The position numbers and the translations under genes are program-made. DNA of 53,233 nucleotides, the filler included, from Circinaria calcarea (taxonomy: Eukaryota), in the NCBI GenBank assembly GCA_051942165.1. It is 2 parts of 2 records of this genome, joined end to end, with 100 filler letters (N's around TTAATTAATTAA, not from the genome) between each part and the next. Parts side by side here need not be neighbours in the genome. Positions count along the whole stretch, not along the records: positions 26,746 to 53,233 come from JAVECS010000077.1; 1 more part is not named here. The stretch is one strand, 5' to 3'. Below, piece after piece: positions 51,701 through 53,233 of this stretch. How positions within the stretch are numbered: the stretch's first letter is position 1; each line of letters opens with the position of its first letter. The notes beneath the pieces are model-generated. The model worked only from the letters and a program-made list of their open reading frames with translations. It was not told where the DNA came from and made no database searches.

Positions 51701-53233
51701 TGCTGCGCCTCTTTTATCGAGGAGCTCGACCACCGAGAATCTACAAAACGTCAGGAGAGAAGAAAGAGGCTAGATGGTGTTTAGTAGAAAACCTACACGA
51801 GTTTACTCTTGCCAGATCCCGCTTGGAAGCAAATTTAGTTTTGGTGCTCTGCTATATGTGCGCAAAACTTACGAATACCGTGTAGCCAAAGTATAGACGA
51901 GCAGCTCGATCTCCTCCAATCAATGAATTCAGGCTTTTGTAGAAGCCACAGCCCTGATTTAGGCAAGAAGTCCTTTCCCATGGTTTTATGATGAGTCTTG
52001 TAGGGTATTGTTGACAGCCATTGGAAGATTTCCCGACGCTCGGACTCTAACCATGCAATCAGACTTGTTCAAAGTTAGGCACATCGCTATGAGAAAGACA
52101 AATTGTTTGTATGAACGAGAACAGCATTTAATAAAGCAGAGATGGCTGAGACGGATATGGTTATCGGCTTGGGAATAATTTGCTGGATTGGGCAGAGTTA
52201 TATGGACTGACGATTCTTTTGTTTATAATACAGGAACACAATCTGCGACTCACTTTTAAGGGAATCATAGAGCTCAGCTACTTGAGTGGCCGACCGCTTA
52301 ATAGGCTCCTTTAGCTCAGATAAGATGTTTTCTAGACTGTGCACCCCATCGCTCATAGTCCGGCACACTGTAAAGTCATATGTTAATGTACTGAAAAGAA
52401 GATGGTTGGGTAGTTGATAATTAGGCTTCGTGATGAGAATCTTATCTGAGAACACAACTCACATTCCACGTCCACAAGCCGCGCACAACGATCAACGTTA
52501 GCTTGCTCTGCTGATATCTTATCCATATATGGATGAATACTTGACTCTGGAGGCTGCAAAGCACCTTTTAAGATGCGTTCTGATCTCCTTGATGAGCAAA
52601 TGCCAAGAGAAGCAGAATAGACATTGACTCAAAAACTTACTGGGAGTACTCTGAGCATAGTACCGGCTGGCCTTTGAAAGATATGTCAACACGGCGGCAT
52701 AAAGCTTTATTAGAGACTGTACAAGTTGGTTCTTTGCTGCTGCTGCCGCTGCCACACCGTGTTGCAAATAAAGAAGCTCGAAGATAGTATAGCGCGGAAT
52801 CAAGTTGGATATGTATTCAATACCTTCGAGCATAGAACCAAACGTCTGACTGTCGTTGATGCCCAGCTCATTTTAATAGTTAGTAAGGCTTCGAAAGATA
52901 CCTAAAAGCACTGACCTGTAGCAAAAATCGAATGGCCGCCCATGGCAGAGCTGCATGTCCGGAGTCATACTGCACTACAACATCTCCAACCTCTTTAAAC
53001 TTATTTACCCAAACCACCACTTTGTCCAACAGATCCCGAACGATGACTACCTCGCCATTGCTTTTCTTGTATTTCCAACGCTTTTGCATGCGATCCAGTC
53101 GCCTCTTCTCAACGACTTTAAGTATATCGCTCAAGATCGCCAGCTTCTTATCCGCAGTATCGGAAGGGATGATCGATCTGTCTTCGTCGGTCAAGGTTTG
53201 TACAGCTTGATCCCAGAGCTTGTGGTTATCTGA
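48773..53233 (-). CDS. Fungal NLR-like STAND protein: N-terminal helical domain, NACHT-type NTPase, ankyrin repeats (5' end outside window)
   Basis: N-terminal LWDQA..L..EDR...KRWK...KFKEVGD..VQYD..HAALPWAAIRFLLQ. Spliced Walker A WLHGIPGSGKSKL, Walker B IIIDALDEC, GMFRWV, LPRSL..SY and FAHLSVREYF motifs. About 15 ankyrin repeats up to the stop at 48773. Confidence 0.93.
49258..49455 (-). repeat. Two identical 99-bp tandem units within the ankyrin array
   Basis: 49258-49356 and 49357-49455 read identically. Neighbouring 99-bp units are near-identical. Confidence 0.92.

Overview
Filamentous ascomycete (Pezizomycotina-type) nuclear DNA with intron-containing genes (GT..AG introns, CTRAC/CTAAT branch sites). 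Left part (1-33.8 kb) is gene-dense and mostly housekeeping: MFS sugar porter (3' end outside window), RPC34 divergent from STI1, tricalbin, UGP1, a Zn2Cys6 transcription factor, ENT3-type epsin, a DH-domain RhoGEF cut by an artificial 100-nt N/TTAATTAATTAA spacer, an RTA1-family protein and TRS130. After TRS130 the sequence looks accessory: a long decayed ankyrin-repeat gene relic, a probable F-box-like relic, a PTH11/rhodopsin-like membrane protein, a MITE-like element with terminal inverted repeats, a cytochrome P450 with a 22-bp inverted repeat just upstream of its ATG, and an apparently intact NLR-like gene (N-terminal helical domain, NACHT-type NTPase, about 15 ankyrin repeats including two identical 99-bp units). 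The most unusual non-coding signal is a 211-nt intron of the sugar transporter with a roughly 20-bp stem enclosing a four-run G-quadruplex motif. No tRNA, rRNA or CRISPR array was seen. Exon boundaries were derived by eye, and family assignments come from motif recognition, not database searches. I found no clear new multi-gene system; the findings are candidates for follow-up.
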